From the NCBI GenBank assembly GCA_965216655.1, contig CBDCGP010000022.1:38166-102165 (forward strand): a DNA stretch of 64,000 nt, written 5' to 3'. The position numbers and the translations under genes are program-made. The notes below the pieces were generated by a model. The model was given only the letters and a program-made list of their open reading frames with translations. It made no database searches and was not told the origin of the DNA. Source of the DNA: Acidimicrobiales bacterium. Its GTDB lineage: Bacteria; Actinomycetota; Acidimicrobiia; Acidimicrobiales; SZUA-35. Shown here one piece after another: positions 8,413 through 17,809 of this stretch; position 1 is the stretch's first letter; each line of letters starts with the position of its first letter.

Positions 8413-11076
8413 TCAGGAGGATTCGAGGTGCATGGCGTCGGCCAACTCCTGGCGGCCGGTGACGCCAAGCTTGCGGTACACGTTGCCGAGGTGGGTTTCC
8501 ACCGTGCGGATCGACACCACGAGCCGCTCCGCTATCTCGGCGTTGCTCGATCCGGCGGCGGCCAGCGAGGCGATCTCCCGCTCCCGGCGGGTCAGCGGGT
8601 CGACCGAGTGGCGCCGGGCGAGCGCCGGGGTGCGGGCAGGGCCGATCGAGCGGCGGGCCGAGTCGGAACGGCGCTGCGACGCCGTGGCGGACCGCTGATC
8701 ACCGGTCGCCGACCACAGGTCGCTGGCGATCGCCGAGAGTTCAGCCGCCCACAGCAGGAAGCCGAGGTCCTGCAGACTGCCCGCCACGTCATCCAGCGCC
8801 GACGGGTCGGCGGCGATCGCCGCCGCCGTTCCTCGGGCGAGCAGGATCAGCAGCTCACCGTGGACCCGCTCGGTCAGTTCAGTTACCCGGTTCGGGTCCA
8901 TCAAGTCGGCCCGACCGAGACGCACCACGTCGAACAGGGTCAGCACCTCCACCATGACCAGGTCCCGGCGGGCCGCCTCCGCTGCGGCGTCGAGCAGCAG
9001 TTCGGCGGCCTTGTGTCCGTCACCGGCGAGCGCTGTGCGCCACGCCTCGGCCCAGCGGGCTTCGGCATCGCCCCGAGGGCCGGGAACCACCGGCAGCTCG
9101 CTCAACCGGTGCCAGGCTCGCTCGGCCTGATCGTGATCACCGCGTTGGGAGTGGGCGATGGTCAACGCGGCCATCGAGGTTCGCATGGCCGTCGCCAGGG
9201 AGACCTCGCCGGCGATCTCGAACGCCTCCTCGTGATAGGCCGACGCCCGGTCGAGGTTGCCGGCGTAGAGCTCGAGCCAACCGGCCAGGTCGAGGAAGAA
9301 CAGCAGCGGTGGCGTCTCGCTCCGGTGCCGGCAGTCGGCGATGGCCATCTCGGTCACGAATCGTGAGCCGTCGAGGTCGCCCTGATACAGGAGCGCGTGC
9401 CCCAGCGCAATCAGATGCTGGCCCCGAGCCCCGAACTGGTAGTCGTCACCCCAACATCGGTCCCAGGCGAGTTGGGCCAGCGCCGCACCCTCGTCGACTC
9501 GTCCGGTGAGGATCAGGGCCGGCGCCTCGGCCGCGGCGATGGCGAACCGAACGCCGGGATGGATGTGGGGGTCGTCCACCTCGGTCAGACCATCGAGTCG
9601 CTCGAGCGCCCGGCCGCTCCACCCGTCGCAGTAGTCGATCCACGCCTCGTGGGCCCGTACCCGTTCGATCGCCATGGGGTCGGTCAGCCCGGTGATGCAG
9701 TCGGCGTCGATCTCGAGTGCGGTGGTCGCATCGCCGAACCCCCAGAACCGGTTGGACGATCGCCTCACCGCGCGGTGGGCCCGAGACCAGTCGTCGGTCG
9801 CCGGGGTGCCACGGGCCATGTGCTCGTCGGCCTCGACGAAGCGTCCCTGACGCACGAGGGACTCGGCCACCGCGGCCAGGGTGGCCTCCGTCGGTTCCTG
9901 GGCGTGTGCGGTGGTGGCGAAGACGGCGCTGTCGTTGATGCGGTCGGACTTGAGCGCCAGGTGGGTTGCCTCGACCAGTTCGTCGGTGTCGGCCGCGATA
10001 CCCGCCTCGATCTCGAGCCGGATCGACGTCAATCGGTCGTGTCGGCGTCGCTGAGGGCGGGCCCCGATCAGTTCGAGGATCTTTCGACGACGCTCACGTA
10101 GGGCGAGCGCGGTCATGTTGGCGGCGATGGCCTCGGCGTGCATGGGATGACACAGGGAGATCTCGAGGCGGCGCCGACTGGTCCATGTCGTGACCAGCTC
10201 GCGCTGCTCCATTGCCTCCAGGCGGTCGAGATCGATGAGTGGCGACAGGTCGTGAACCCCCATCGTTCCTGCCAGCGCCAACGTTTCGAGAACGGCCTGC
10301 TCCTCCTGCGACAGCAGGCCGAGCCCGGAGATGATCTGCCGGCAGAGTTCGGCGCCGAGTTCGACCTGGCCGGCGAGCTGGAACGTGTCGCCGATGGCGC
10401 GGATCCGATCGGCGGCCAGCGCCGAGTCGACCAGATCGCGGACGAACGCGGGGTGGCCGGCCGTGCGGTGGAAGAGGGCGCGGGTGAGCCCGGGAGCGAC
10501 CGGTCCGCCCAGACGGTGGGCGGCCATCTCGGCCGTCTCGCTGAAGTCGAGGGGTTTGAGCTCGACGACCTGCGGTGCGGCCGGCCCGAGGCGACGCAAC
10601 GCCTCGCCCAGCCCCGGACCCGGCCGTTGACAGGCGACGAGGAAGACCCGTCGGTTGGCCGCCAGATGGACGAGGATCTCGCAGCTGGCCTGATCGACCG
10701 AGGCCGGTTCGTTGACGACGATCACCGCCGGCCGGCGAACGTCGTCGAGGCCGAGCGCCGACTCCAGGCCGCGGTGCACGGCGAGTCGGGCGGCATCGGT
10801 GTTGGGTTCGCCCACCTGATCGAGCACCTCGGGTACCACCGGCGAGAGCGACGAGAACGGCACCGTGGCGGCCGCCTCGGTCGCCGAGAGCGTGACTCCA
10901 CGCCATCCCTCGTCGGCCAGCCGCTCGACAACGGCATCGGCCAGTGCCGTCTTGCCGATCCCGGCGACCCCGGTCACGAGCAGTGCTCCACACGCCGAAT
11001 CGACGGCCAGTGCGAGGGCGCGATCCAACTCCGGGACACGGCCCACGAGGCGATCGGTAGCGCCGCTCGTCGTCAC
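8413..11076 (-). CDS. Large ATP-binding LuxR-family (LAL/MalT-like, STAND) transcriptional regulator
   Basis: 887 aa. There is an N-terminal P-loop (LLVTGVAGIGKTALADA) and a long helical, TPR-like middle. The C-terminal LuxR HTH reads LTRREREIASLAAAGSSNAEIAERLVVSIRTVETHLGNVYRKLGV. Confidence 0.85.
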   Translation of the reverse strand: MTTSGATDRLVGRVPELDRALALAVDSACGALLVTGVAGIGKTALADAVVERLADEGWRGVTLSATEAAATVPFSSLSPVVPEVLDQVGEPNTDAARLAVHRGLESALGLDDVRRPAVIVVNEPASVDQASCEILVHLAANRRVFLVACQRPGPGLGEALRRLGPAAPQVVELKPLDFSETAEMAAHRLGGPVAPGLTRALFHRTAGHPAFVRDLVDSALAADRIRAIGDTFQLAGQVELGAELCRQIISGLGLLSQEEQAVLETLALAGTMGVHDLSPLIDLDRLEAMEQRELVTTWTSRRRLEISLCHPMHAEAIAANMTALALRERRRKILELIGARPQRRRHDRLTSIRLEIEAGIAADTDELVEATHLALKSDRINDSAVFATTAHAQEPTEATLAAVAESLVRQGRFVEADEHMARGTPATDDWSRAHRAVRRSSNRFWGFGDATTALEIDADCITGLTDPMAIERVRAHEAWIDYCDGWSGRALERLDGLTEVDDPHIHPGVRFAIAAAEAPALILTGRVDEGAALAQLAWDRCWGDDYQFGARGQHLIALGHALLYQGDLDGSRFVTEMAIADCRHRSETPPLLFFLDLAGWLELYAGNLDRASAYHEEAFEIAGEVSLATAMRTSMAALTIAHSQRGDHDQAERAWHRLSELPVVPGPRGDAEARWAEAWRTALAGDGHKAAELLLDAAAEAARRDLVMVEVLTLFDVVRLGRADLMDPNRVTELTERVHGELLILLARGTAAAIAADPSALDDVAGSLQDLGFLLWAAELSAIASDLWSATGDQRSATASQRRSDSARRSIGPARTPALARRHSVDPLTRREREIASLAAAGSSNAEIAERLVVSIRTVETHLGNVYRKLGVTGRQELADAMHLESS

Positions 11077-11280
11077 GCAACAAGTCTAGATTCCCGCCTC
11101 CGGCCGTTCGAGTGGGACCGGCGCGGCGGGTCGTTGTCGAGCGCCTACGTAGTGGGTGGGTGGAATCTACGTGGTGGCCACGGATGGCGGCCGGCGGATG
11201 CTGCTGCAGGATAACCATCGCACTACCAGATATCCGTACAAACGAACTTCTGAATCTACGAAACACGGAGGGATACACCC

Positions 11281-13041
11281 ATGACCATCACCCTGACCAA
11301 CCCGGTCGCCGCCGACACCGAACCGCCGTCCAGCCAACCCGGCCCGGCCAAGGGGGCCGTGGTCGCGGCCCGCAACCTGTCGGTCACGCTCGACGGCACC
11401 GATGTGCTGACCGGTGTGAACGTGACGATGCGACCCGGCGAACTGGTGGCCGTCATCGGGCCCAGCGGGTCGGGCAAGACGACGCTCCTGCGGTCGCTCT
11501 CCGGCGACCAGGCGCCAACGGGTGGCGTTGTCACCGTGGATGGTGTCGCGGCCACGGCCATGAACAACGGCCACCGGTCGACCGTCGCCGTCGTGCCCCA
11601 GGCCGACGAGCTGCACGACGACCTGCCGCTGGCCCGGATGTTGACCTACGCGGCCCGCCTGCGGCTGCCGCGGCGAGCCGGCCGCGCCGAGGTTCTGGCC
11701 GCGGTCGACCGGGTGCTGGCCACCGTCGAACTCACCGAATCGGCCCGGGTCCGTGTGGGCCGGCTGAGTGGCGGACAGCGTCGGCGGGCGTCGCTCGCCA
11801 TGGAACTGTTGACCGGCCCTCGGCTGTGTCTGCTCGACGAGCCGACGTCGGGCCTCGACCCGGCGACCGCCGAGACCATCGTGTCGGAGCTGCGAGCCCT
11901 CGCCGATGGCGGTCGGACCGTGGTGTTCATCACTCACAGCGCCAACGACCTGCGTCGCTGCGATCGGATCGTGGCCGTGGCCGAGGGTGGCCACATCGTG
12001 TTCGATGGAACCCAGGCCGAGGCCATCGAACTGGTCGGCTCCGCCGATGTCGAAGTGGTCCACCGGGCGCTGACCACCGGACGACTCGCGCAGGACATTG
12101 TCGGTCGACAGGAGACCGACGCCGGTCCAGCCGGTCCTGCCGATCCAGCCGACCCGGTTGTCACGACGGTCGAAACCCCGGTCCTGAGCACGCCCCGCCG
12201 GGGCGATCGCGTCTCTCCCGTCACCCGGTGGTGGGCGTTGACGCAGCGTTCGCTCGAGATCGTGGCCCGCAACCGTCTGACTCTCGGGATCATGGTCGGC
12301 TCCCCGGCGATGGTGATCGCCATGTTCGCCGTGCTGTTCCGCCCCGGTGCGTTCGACGTGTGGGCGCCGAGCCCGACGTCTGCCATCATGATTGCGTTCT
12401 GGGTGGCGTTCGGCGGCTTCTTCTTCGGACTCACCTATGGGCTGTTGCAGATCTGCCCCGAGCTGCCCACCATGCAGCGGGAACACCGCAGCGGTGTTGG
12501 CGCCGGACTGCAGGTTCTGGCCAAGTTCACGGCCCTGACGCCGTTGTTGATCGCCATCAATGTGGCCATGCTCGTCGTGTTGCGTTGGCTCGACCGGCTA
12601 CCCGCCATCCCGGCCGACGCCTTCGGTCGTCTGACCATCACGATGGCACTGGGCGCCGCCGCGGCGCTGGCTCTCGGGTTGTTGGCGTCGGCCATCGTGC
12701 GTTCTCCGGCTCAGGCTTCACTGGCGCTACCGATGCTGTGCTTTCCGGCCGTGTTGTTCTCCGGTGCCGTGCTCCCGGTGCCGGTCATGGCCACCGTCGG
12801 CCAGTGGATCAGCGCGGCGATGCCCGACCGGTGGGCGTTCGAGCTGATCGGTCGCGATCTCGGCCTCCGTCCGCTGTTCGCAGCCGATCCGTCACCGCTG
12901 GGAGGATCGTTGCTCGCCGAATACGGTGACACCTGGACACGGGCCCACGGCGACGTGTGGTTCCTGCTCACCGGGTTCACCGTCGGTCTCGGTCTCGCCA
13001 CCTGGGCGGTTCTGGCCACCCGTTGCACCCGACAGACCTGA
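11281..13041 (+). CDS. ABC transporter, fused ATPase + ABC-2-type permease
   Basis: Walker A GPSGSGKTTLL, signature LSGGQRRRASLA, and Walker B LCLLDEPTSGLD are followed by about 6 TM helices. It is divergent from the LuxR-family gene. Confidence 0.85.
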   Translation: MTITLTNPVAADTEPPSSQPGPAKGAVVAARNLSVTLDGTDVLTGVNVTMRPGELVAVIGPSGSGKTTLLRSLSGDQAPTGGVVTVDGVAATAMNNGHRSTVAVVPQADELHDDLPLARMLTYAARLRLPRRAGRAEVLAAVDRVLATVELTESARVRVGRLSGGQRRRASLAMELLTGPRLCLLDEPTSGLDPATAETIVSELRALADGGRTVVFITHSANDLRRCDRIVAVAEGGHIVFDGTQAEAIELVGSADVEVVHRALTTGRLAQDIVGRQETDAGPAGPADPADPVVTTVETPVLSTPRRGDRVSPVTRWWALTQRSLEIVARNRLTLGIMVGSPAMVIAMFAVLFRPGAFDVWAPSPTSAIMIAFWVAFGGFFFGLTYGLLQICPELPTMQREHRSGVGAGLQVLAKFTALTPLLIAINVAMLVVLRWLDRLPAIPADAFGRLTITMALGAAAALALGLLASAIVRSPAQASLALPMLCFPAVLFSGAVLPVPVMATVGQWISAAMPDRWAFELIGRDLGLRPLFAADPSPLGGSLLAEYGDTWTRAHGDVWFLLTGFTVGLGLATWAVLATRCTRQT

Positions 13042-13054
13042 TCGTTCGGCGGAG

Positions 13055-13843
13055 TCAGGCCTGCCAGCGGGACTGACCGAGGCGGTAGCCGACGCCCCGC
13101 ACCGTCGATATCAACGAGCTGTGGTCCTCGCCCATCTTGGCCCGCAGGCGCCGAATGTGGACATCGACGGTGCGGGCACCTCCGTAGTATTCGTAGCCCC
13201 ACACCCGGTTGAGCAGCGTCTCCCGGGTGAACACCTGGCCGGGGCTGGAGGCGAGAAACCGCAACAGCTCGTATTCCATGTAGGTCAGGTCGAGGTGACG
13301 GCCGTCGACGACCGCCTGGTAGGTCTCGATGTTGAGCGTCAGTGGGCCGTAGGTCACCAGATCCCCCGGCTGACCGTTCACCTTCCCCGCTCTGGTCAGG
13401 AGGAGATCGAGCCGGGACTTGAGCTCCTGCGGATGGAACGGCGAGATGATGAAGTCGTCGAAACGGTCGTGCCGGTCGGTCAGCGTGTCGATCAGCCCGC
13501 CGCCGACGAGCACGAGAACGGGCGTGTCCTCCGACCTCACGGCCTCGCAGAACCGCCAGCACTGCTCGGCCTGGTCCTCGTCGCCGGCCAAGACGGCAAC
13601 GGCTCCATCCCACTGGGAACGCTCGGTGGTATCGGCATCGTCGCCCACGTCCAGCTCGTCTTCCACCGCCTTCCACCGGTACCCCTCCAGCTCGAAGAAG
13701 CGAATCAGCTCGACCGGCGGCGGGTCCGGCCACACGGCGAGCACGCCGAGATGGCGAGGGCTCGGGCCGTCGGTCGACTCCGATTCCGACGCCGACGACG
13801 AGCCGCGTGCTACCACGTCGGCAGGTACCTCTCGAGTTCCCAT
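13055..13843 (-). CDS. glnR: GlnR-like orphan OmpR-family regulator (atypical receiver + winged helix); start uncertain (ATG 13843 or GTG 13816)
   Basis: The C-terminus LDLTYMEYELLRFLASSPGQVFTRETLLNRVWGYEYYGGARTVDVHIRRLRAKMGEDHSSLISTVRGVGYRL closely resembles actinobacterial GlnR. It lies immediately downstream of glnA, and either candidate start overlaps the glnA stop. Confidence 0.65.
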   Translation of the reverse strand: MGTREVPADVVARGSSSASESESTDGPSPRHLGVLAVWPDPPPVELIRFFELEGYRWKAVEDELDVGDDADTTERSQWDGAVAVLAGDEDQAEQCWRFCEAVRSEDTPVLVLVGGGLIDTLTDRHDRFDDFIISPFHPQELKSRLDLLLTRAGKVNGQPGDLVTYGPLTLNIETYQAVVDGRHLDLTYMEYELLRFLASSPGQVFTRETLLNRVWGYEYYGGARTVDVHIRRLRAKMGEDHSSLISTVRGVGYRLGQSRWQA

Positions 13844-15168
13844 TGGCTGACGTGCAGCTTGTAGCTGCCCCACTCGCTTCGCTTGTTGCGGAGGAACCAC
13901 TCGAAGATGTGCTCACCGAGGGCGTTGTGCACGAGCTCGGATCGTTCCATCTCGTCGAGGGCCTCGGCCAAGGATCGAGGTAGTGGCTGGACGCCCAGCT
14001 TCTCGGCCTCGGCTGGGGTGAGCTCGAACAGGTTCTCGTGGATCTCGTCGGGCAGCTCGTAGTCGCCTCGCACCCCGGCCATGCCTGCGGCCAGGATCAC
14101 GGCGAACGCCAGGTAGGGGTTGCAGGCCGGGTCGGGGGAGCGGTATTCGATGCGGGTGGAGCTCGGCTTGTCGGGCTTGGTGACCGGCACCCGCACGAGG
14201 GCCGACCGGTTGTTCTTGGCCCATGACACCCATACCGGCGCCTCGAATCCGACGACCAGGCGTTTGTAGGAGTTGACGAGCTGGTTGGTGACCGCCGTGA
14301 TCTCGCGGGCGTGGGTGAGCAGACCGGCCATGAAGCGACGGCCGACGGGTGACAGTACATCACCGCCATCGGGGTCGCCGCCGGAAGGACCGTCGGATGG
14401 ATGGAACGCGTTGTCGTCGCGTTCGAACAGCGACAGGTGCAGGTGCATCCCGGAGCCCTGCAGCCCGGGCAGCGGCTTCGGCATGAACGACGCGAACCGC
14501 CCCTGCTCCATCGCCAGCTCCCGGACCACGAGGCGAAACGTCATGATCTGGTCGGCCATGGTGAGCGCGTCGGTGTAGCGCAGGTCGATCTCGTGCTGCG
14601 ACGGCGAGTCCTCGTGGAACGAGTACTCCACGGGGATGCCCATCGTCTCGAGCACCGAGATGGTGCGCCGACGAAGGTCGGAGGCCACATCGCTGGTCGT
14701 CAGATCGAAGTAGGAGCCGGAATCGAGAGGGGTCGGCGACTTCGACGGATCGCCGTCGGCGAAGTAGAAGAACTCCATCTCGGGCGCCACGAAGAAACTG
14801 AAGCCGGCGTCGAGGGCCGAGTCGAGGTTCCGGCGCAGCACGTGGCGGGGATCACCGTCGAACGGCTGGCCGCCGGGCAGGTGGATGTCGCAGAACATGC
14901 GGGCCGTGGTGCCGGCGTCGGTCCAGGGCAGCAGCTCGAAGGTGGCTGGATCCGGTTTGGCCAGCACGTCGGACTCCTGGATGCGGCTGAAACCGTCGAT
15001 CGCCGAGCCGTCGAAATGGACGCCTTCGGCGAACGCATTCTCCAGCTCCATGGGTGATATCGCCACCGATTTCAGCTGGCCGACGACGTCGGTGAACCAC
15101 AACCGGATCAGCTTCACGTTGCGGTCCTCCACGGCCCGCAACACGTACTCGATCTGACGATCGTTCAT
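13810..15168 (-). CDS. glnA: Glutamine synthetase, type I
   Basis: In-frame ATG at 15168 (MNDRQIEYVLRAVEDRNVKLIRLWFTDVVGQLKSVAI...). Motifs FDGSAIDGF, MFCDI, KPLPGLQGSGMHLHLSLF and NSYKRLV...APVWVSWAKNNRSALVRVP are present. Confidence 0.9.
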   Translation of the reverse strand: MNDRQIEYVLRAVEDRNVKLIRLWFTDVVGQLKSVAISPMELENAFAEGVHFDGSAIDGFSRIQESDVLAKPDPATFELLPWTDAGTTARMFCDIHLPGGQPFDGDPRHVLRRNLDSALDAGFSFFVAPEMEFFYFADGDPSKSPTPLDSGSYFDLTTSDVASDLRRRTISVLETMGIPVEYSFHEDSPSQHEIDLRYTDALTMADQIMTFRLVVRELAMEQGRFASFMPKPLPGLQGSGMHLHLSLFERDDNAFHPSDGPSGGDPDGGDVLSPVGRRFMAGLLTHAREITAVTNQLVNSYKRLVVGFEAPVWVSWAKNNRSALVRVPVTKPDKPSSTRIEYRSPDPACNPYLAFAVILAAGMAGVRGDYELPDEIHENLFELTPAEAEKLGVQPLPRSLAEALDEMERSELVHNALGEHIFEWFLRNKRSEWGSYKLHVSQWELERYLPTW

Positions 15169-15367
15169 GGGATCTGCCTCTGGGGTCGGGTTCGAGGTGG
15201 TTTCGCCGGGAGCTGACACCCTTCGATTACAACATCGCCGGACTCCGATTGCACGGGCGTCGGCAGGCGGCGAGCCATCGTTCACACAGCGTTAACATTC
15301 CTGATTTGTATGTCGGCGCTCCAGCCGATTAAGTGACAGGAGGGTACCCCTCGACACCGACAGCGTG

Positions 15368-15444
15368 GTCACTGGTGCAGGAACCCGCCAGTAGCAACCA
15401 GTAGGAACAAAGCTGACCCACCCACGGGTGTCACAGTCGGGAAC
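15368..15444. promoter_or_regulatory. Candidate GlnR-box-like repeats in the glnA/glnII divergent intergenic region
   Basis: Three GT(C/A)(A/G)C...GGAAC pairs are present: GTCAC 15368-72 with GGAAC 15380-84, GTAGC 15391-95 with GGAAC 15404-08, and GTCAC 15430-34 with GGGAAC 15439-44. They resemble the gTnAc-n6-GaAAc pattern reported for Streptomyces GlnR, but the spacings are irregular. Confidence 0.3.
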
Positions 15445-15458
15445 AACAGGAGTTACCA

Positions 15459-16472
15459 ATGAGCTACATAGCTGAGTACATCTGGATCGACGGCACCGAG
15501 CCGACGGCCGAGGTGCGGGCCAAGACGAAGATCCTGGCCGACGGGGAGGAGCCGGGGATCTGGGGCTTCGACGGCTCCAGCACCAACCAGGCGACCGGCG
15601 ACAATTCCGACGTCGTCCTCCAGCCGGTCTTCTCGTGCCCGGACCCGTTCCGGGGTGGCGACAACATTCTCGTGCTGTGCGAGACGCTGATCCCGGGTGA
15701 TCTGGAGATCCATCCGTCCAACACCCGGGCCGCCGCCCGTGAGGCGCTCGAGACCTATGGTGACCAGGAGCCGCTGTTCGGCATGGAGCAGGAGTACACC
15801 ATGCTCGATCCGGTCACCGGTTGGCCCGCCGGCTTCCCGGCGCATGGCTATCCCCGGCCCCAGGGTCCCTATTACTGCGGTGTCGGCGCCGTGAAGATCA
15901 CCGGCCGTGACATCATCGAGGAGCACATCGAGGCTTGCCTGAAGGCCGGATTGGCCATCTCCGGCGTCAACGCCGAGGTCATGCCCGGTCAGTGGGAGTT
16001 CCAGATCGGCCCGGTCGACACGGTCACGGTCGGCGACCACATCTGGATGGCCCGCTACCTGATGTACCGCATCGGTGAGAAGCACCACCTCGAGGTGTCG
16101 CTGGCCGCCAAGCCGATGCAGGGCGACTGGAACGGCGCCGGCATGCACACCAACTTCTCGACCAAGGCCATGCGGGAGGGCTACGACGCCGTCATCGCCG
16201 CCGCCGAGTCGCTCGGTGCGCCGGGCAAGCCGGAGGAGCACTTGGCCGGCTACGGCATCGGCATCGAGGACCGCCTCACCGGTGAGCACGAGACCCAGCG
16301 CTACGACCAGTTCAGCTACGGCGTGTCCGACCGGGGCGCCTCGATCCGGATCCCGTGGCAGGTGGCCCAGGACAAGAAGGGTTACATCGAGGACCGTCGT
16401 CCGAACGCCAACGCCGACCCCTACGTGGTGGCCACGCTGATGACGAACACGGTCTGCTCCGCAGCCCTCTAA
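15459..16472 (+). CDS. glnII: Glutamine synthetase, type II (eukaryote-like GSII)
   Basis: 337 aa starting MSYIAEYIWIDGTEPTAEVRAKTKIL. It carries GSII-typical PGQWEFQIGP and NGAGMHTNFS...RGASIRIP. An AGGAG RBS lies 6 nt upstream. Confidence 0.9.
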   Translation: MSYIAEYIWIDGTEPTAEVRAKTKILADGEEPGIWGFDGSSTNQATGDNSDVVLQPVFSCPDPFRGGDNILVLCETLIPGDLEIHPSNTRAAAREALETYGDQEPLFGMEQEYTMLDPVTGWPAGFPAHGYPRPQGPYYCGVGAVKITGRDIIEEHIEACLKAGLAISGVNAEVMPGQWEFQIGPVDTVTVGDHIWMARYLMYRIGEKHHLEVSLAAKPMQGDWNGAGMHTNFSTKAMREGYDAVIAAAESLGAPGKPEEHLAGYGIGIEDRLTGEHETQRYDQFSYGVSDRGASIRIPWQVAQDKKGYIEDRRPNANADPYVVATLMTNTVCSAAL

Positions 16473-16480
16473 TTCATTCC

Positions 16481-16518
16481 GTGCGGTCCCGGCCCCGGAT
16501 GTGAGGGCTGGGACGCAC
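16481..16518 (+). terminator. Stem-loop after glnII (no U-tail)
   Basis: GTGCGgTCCCGGCC pairs with GGCTGGGACGCAC (13 bp with one bulge) 9 nt after the stop. Confidence 0.4.
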
Positions 16519-16538
16519 AGAAGTTACGGTGGCGGTCG

Positions 16539-17765
16539 ATGACCGTTTCCGACTCCCGGGCCGATCCTGTTTTCACGCCCTCGGATCGTCGGGCGCTGAT
16601 CGCGGTGGCCGCCCAATTCTTCATCAACGGCGCCGTGTTCGCGTCGTTCATGCCCCGGTTGCCGGAGATCCGGGATCAGATCGGCGTCACCGTTGATCGA
16701 CTCGGGCTGCTGCTGTCGCTCGCTGGGCTGACGGGTCTCCTCGGCAGCGCAATGGTCGGACGGGCCATCGGCCGGTTCGGCACCCGGCTCGTCATGACCG
16801 GTACGGCCACGGTCATCGCCCTCGTGCTGCCAACGATCGGCTTCGCCCGCTCGCAGGTGGTGTTCCTGATCGCCTTGGCGTTGATCATGGGGCTCGACGT
16901 GCTGGTCGATGTGGCCATGAACATGCAGGGTTCCTGGCTGAGTGCCCGCCGCCATGCACCGGTGATGAGCCGGTTGCACGGGCTGTGGAGCCTGGGCACG
17001 GTGATCGGAGGCTTGGCCGCCGCCCGGATCGCGGCGGCGGGGATTCCGCTGACGATGCATCTCCCGGCTGCCACCGCGGTGTTGCTGGTGGCCGTGTTCC
17101 TCGTGAGCCGCTGGGCGCTGCCCGTCGACGAGGCGACGGTCGACGAGCCGGCCGTGCCACCGAACGGTCGTCGAGGTGGCAGGCGGTGGGTGTTGACGCT
17201 GTTTCTCCTGGCCGGGATGTCGGCGCTGGCGGTCGAGGCGACGTCGATCGACTGGGCCGCCTTCCGTTTCACCGACGATTTCGGTCTGCCGGCGGGAAGG
17301 GCGGCATTGGCCTATGTTGCCGTCACCGGTGGCATGACGGCAGGCCGGTTCGGCGGAGATTGGGCCGCGGCCCGTCTCGGCACCGACCGTGTCGCCGGGC
17401 TCAGCACGGTGCTCACCGGTGGCGGCTTGGCGGTGGCCACGCTGGTCGACATCGAGTGGGCCGATCTGGTCGGGTTCTTCGTGGCCGGTACCGGCATCGC
17501 GGTCATGCTGCCGGCGATCTACGACCGGGCGGCCCGGCACCCCGGTCGGCCCGGCGCCGGCCTCGGAGCACTCACCGCCGGTCTGCGGGTGGCCACGATC
17601 GTGTTTCCCATGCTGGTCGGCTGGCTGGCCTCGACGGCACTGACCGTCGGCGCGGCGATGGCGCTGGTCACCATCCCCGGCGTTCTGGCGTTCGCCGCAG
17701 TGATCCGGGCGCTGCCGCCCGTGGGTGAGTATCCCAGTTCGTCCCGATCGGGCGGCGCCGCATAG
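16539..17765 (+). CDS. MFS transporter
   Basis: 408 aa with about 12 predicted TM helices and an MFS-like loop (MVGRAIGRFGTR). Confidence 0.8.
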   Translation: MTVSDSRADPVFTPSDRRALIAVAAQFFINGAVFASFMPRLPEIRDQIGVTVDRLGLLLSLAGLTGLLGSAMVGRAIGRFGTRLVMTGTATVIALVLPTIGFARSQVVFLIALALIMGLDVLVDVAMNMQGSWLSARRHAPVMSRLHGLWSLGTVIGGLAAARIAAAGIPLTMHLPAATAVLLVAVFLVSRWALPVDEATVDEPAVPPNGRRGGRRWVLTLFLLAGMSALAVEATSIDWAAFRFTDDFGLPAGRAALAYVAVTGGMTAGRFGGDWAAARLGTDRVAGLSTVLTGGGLAVATLVDIEWADLVGFFVAGTGIAVMLPAIYDRAARHPGRPGAGLGALTAGLRVATIVFPMLVGWLASTALTVGAAMALVTIPGVLAFAAVIRALPPVGEYPSSSRSGGAA

Positions 17766-17809
17766 TCTGAGACACGCCGCTGTTCCCCGACCCCCGAAAG
17801 GCCGCTCCG

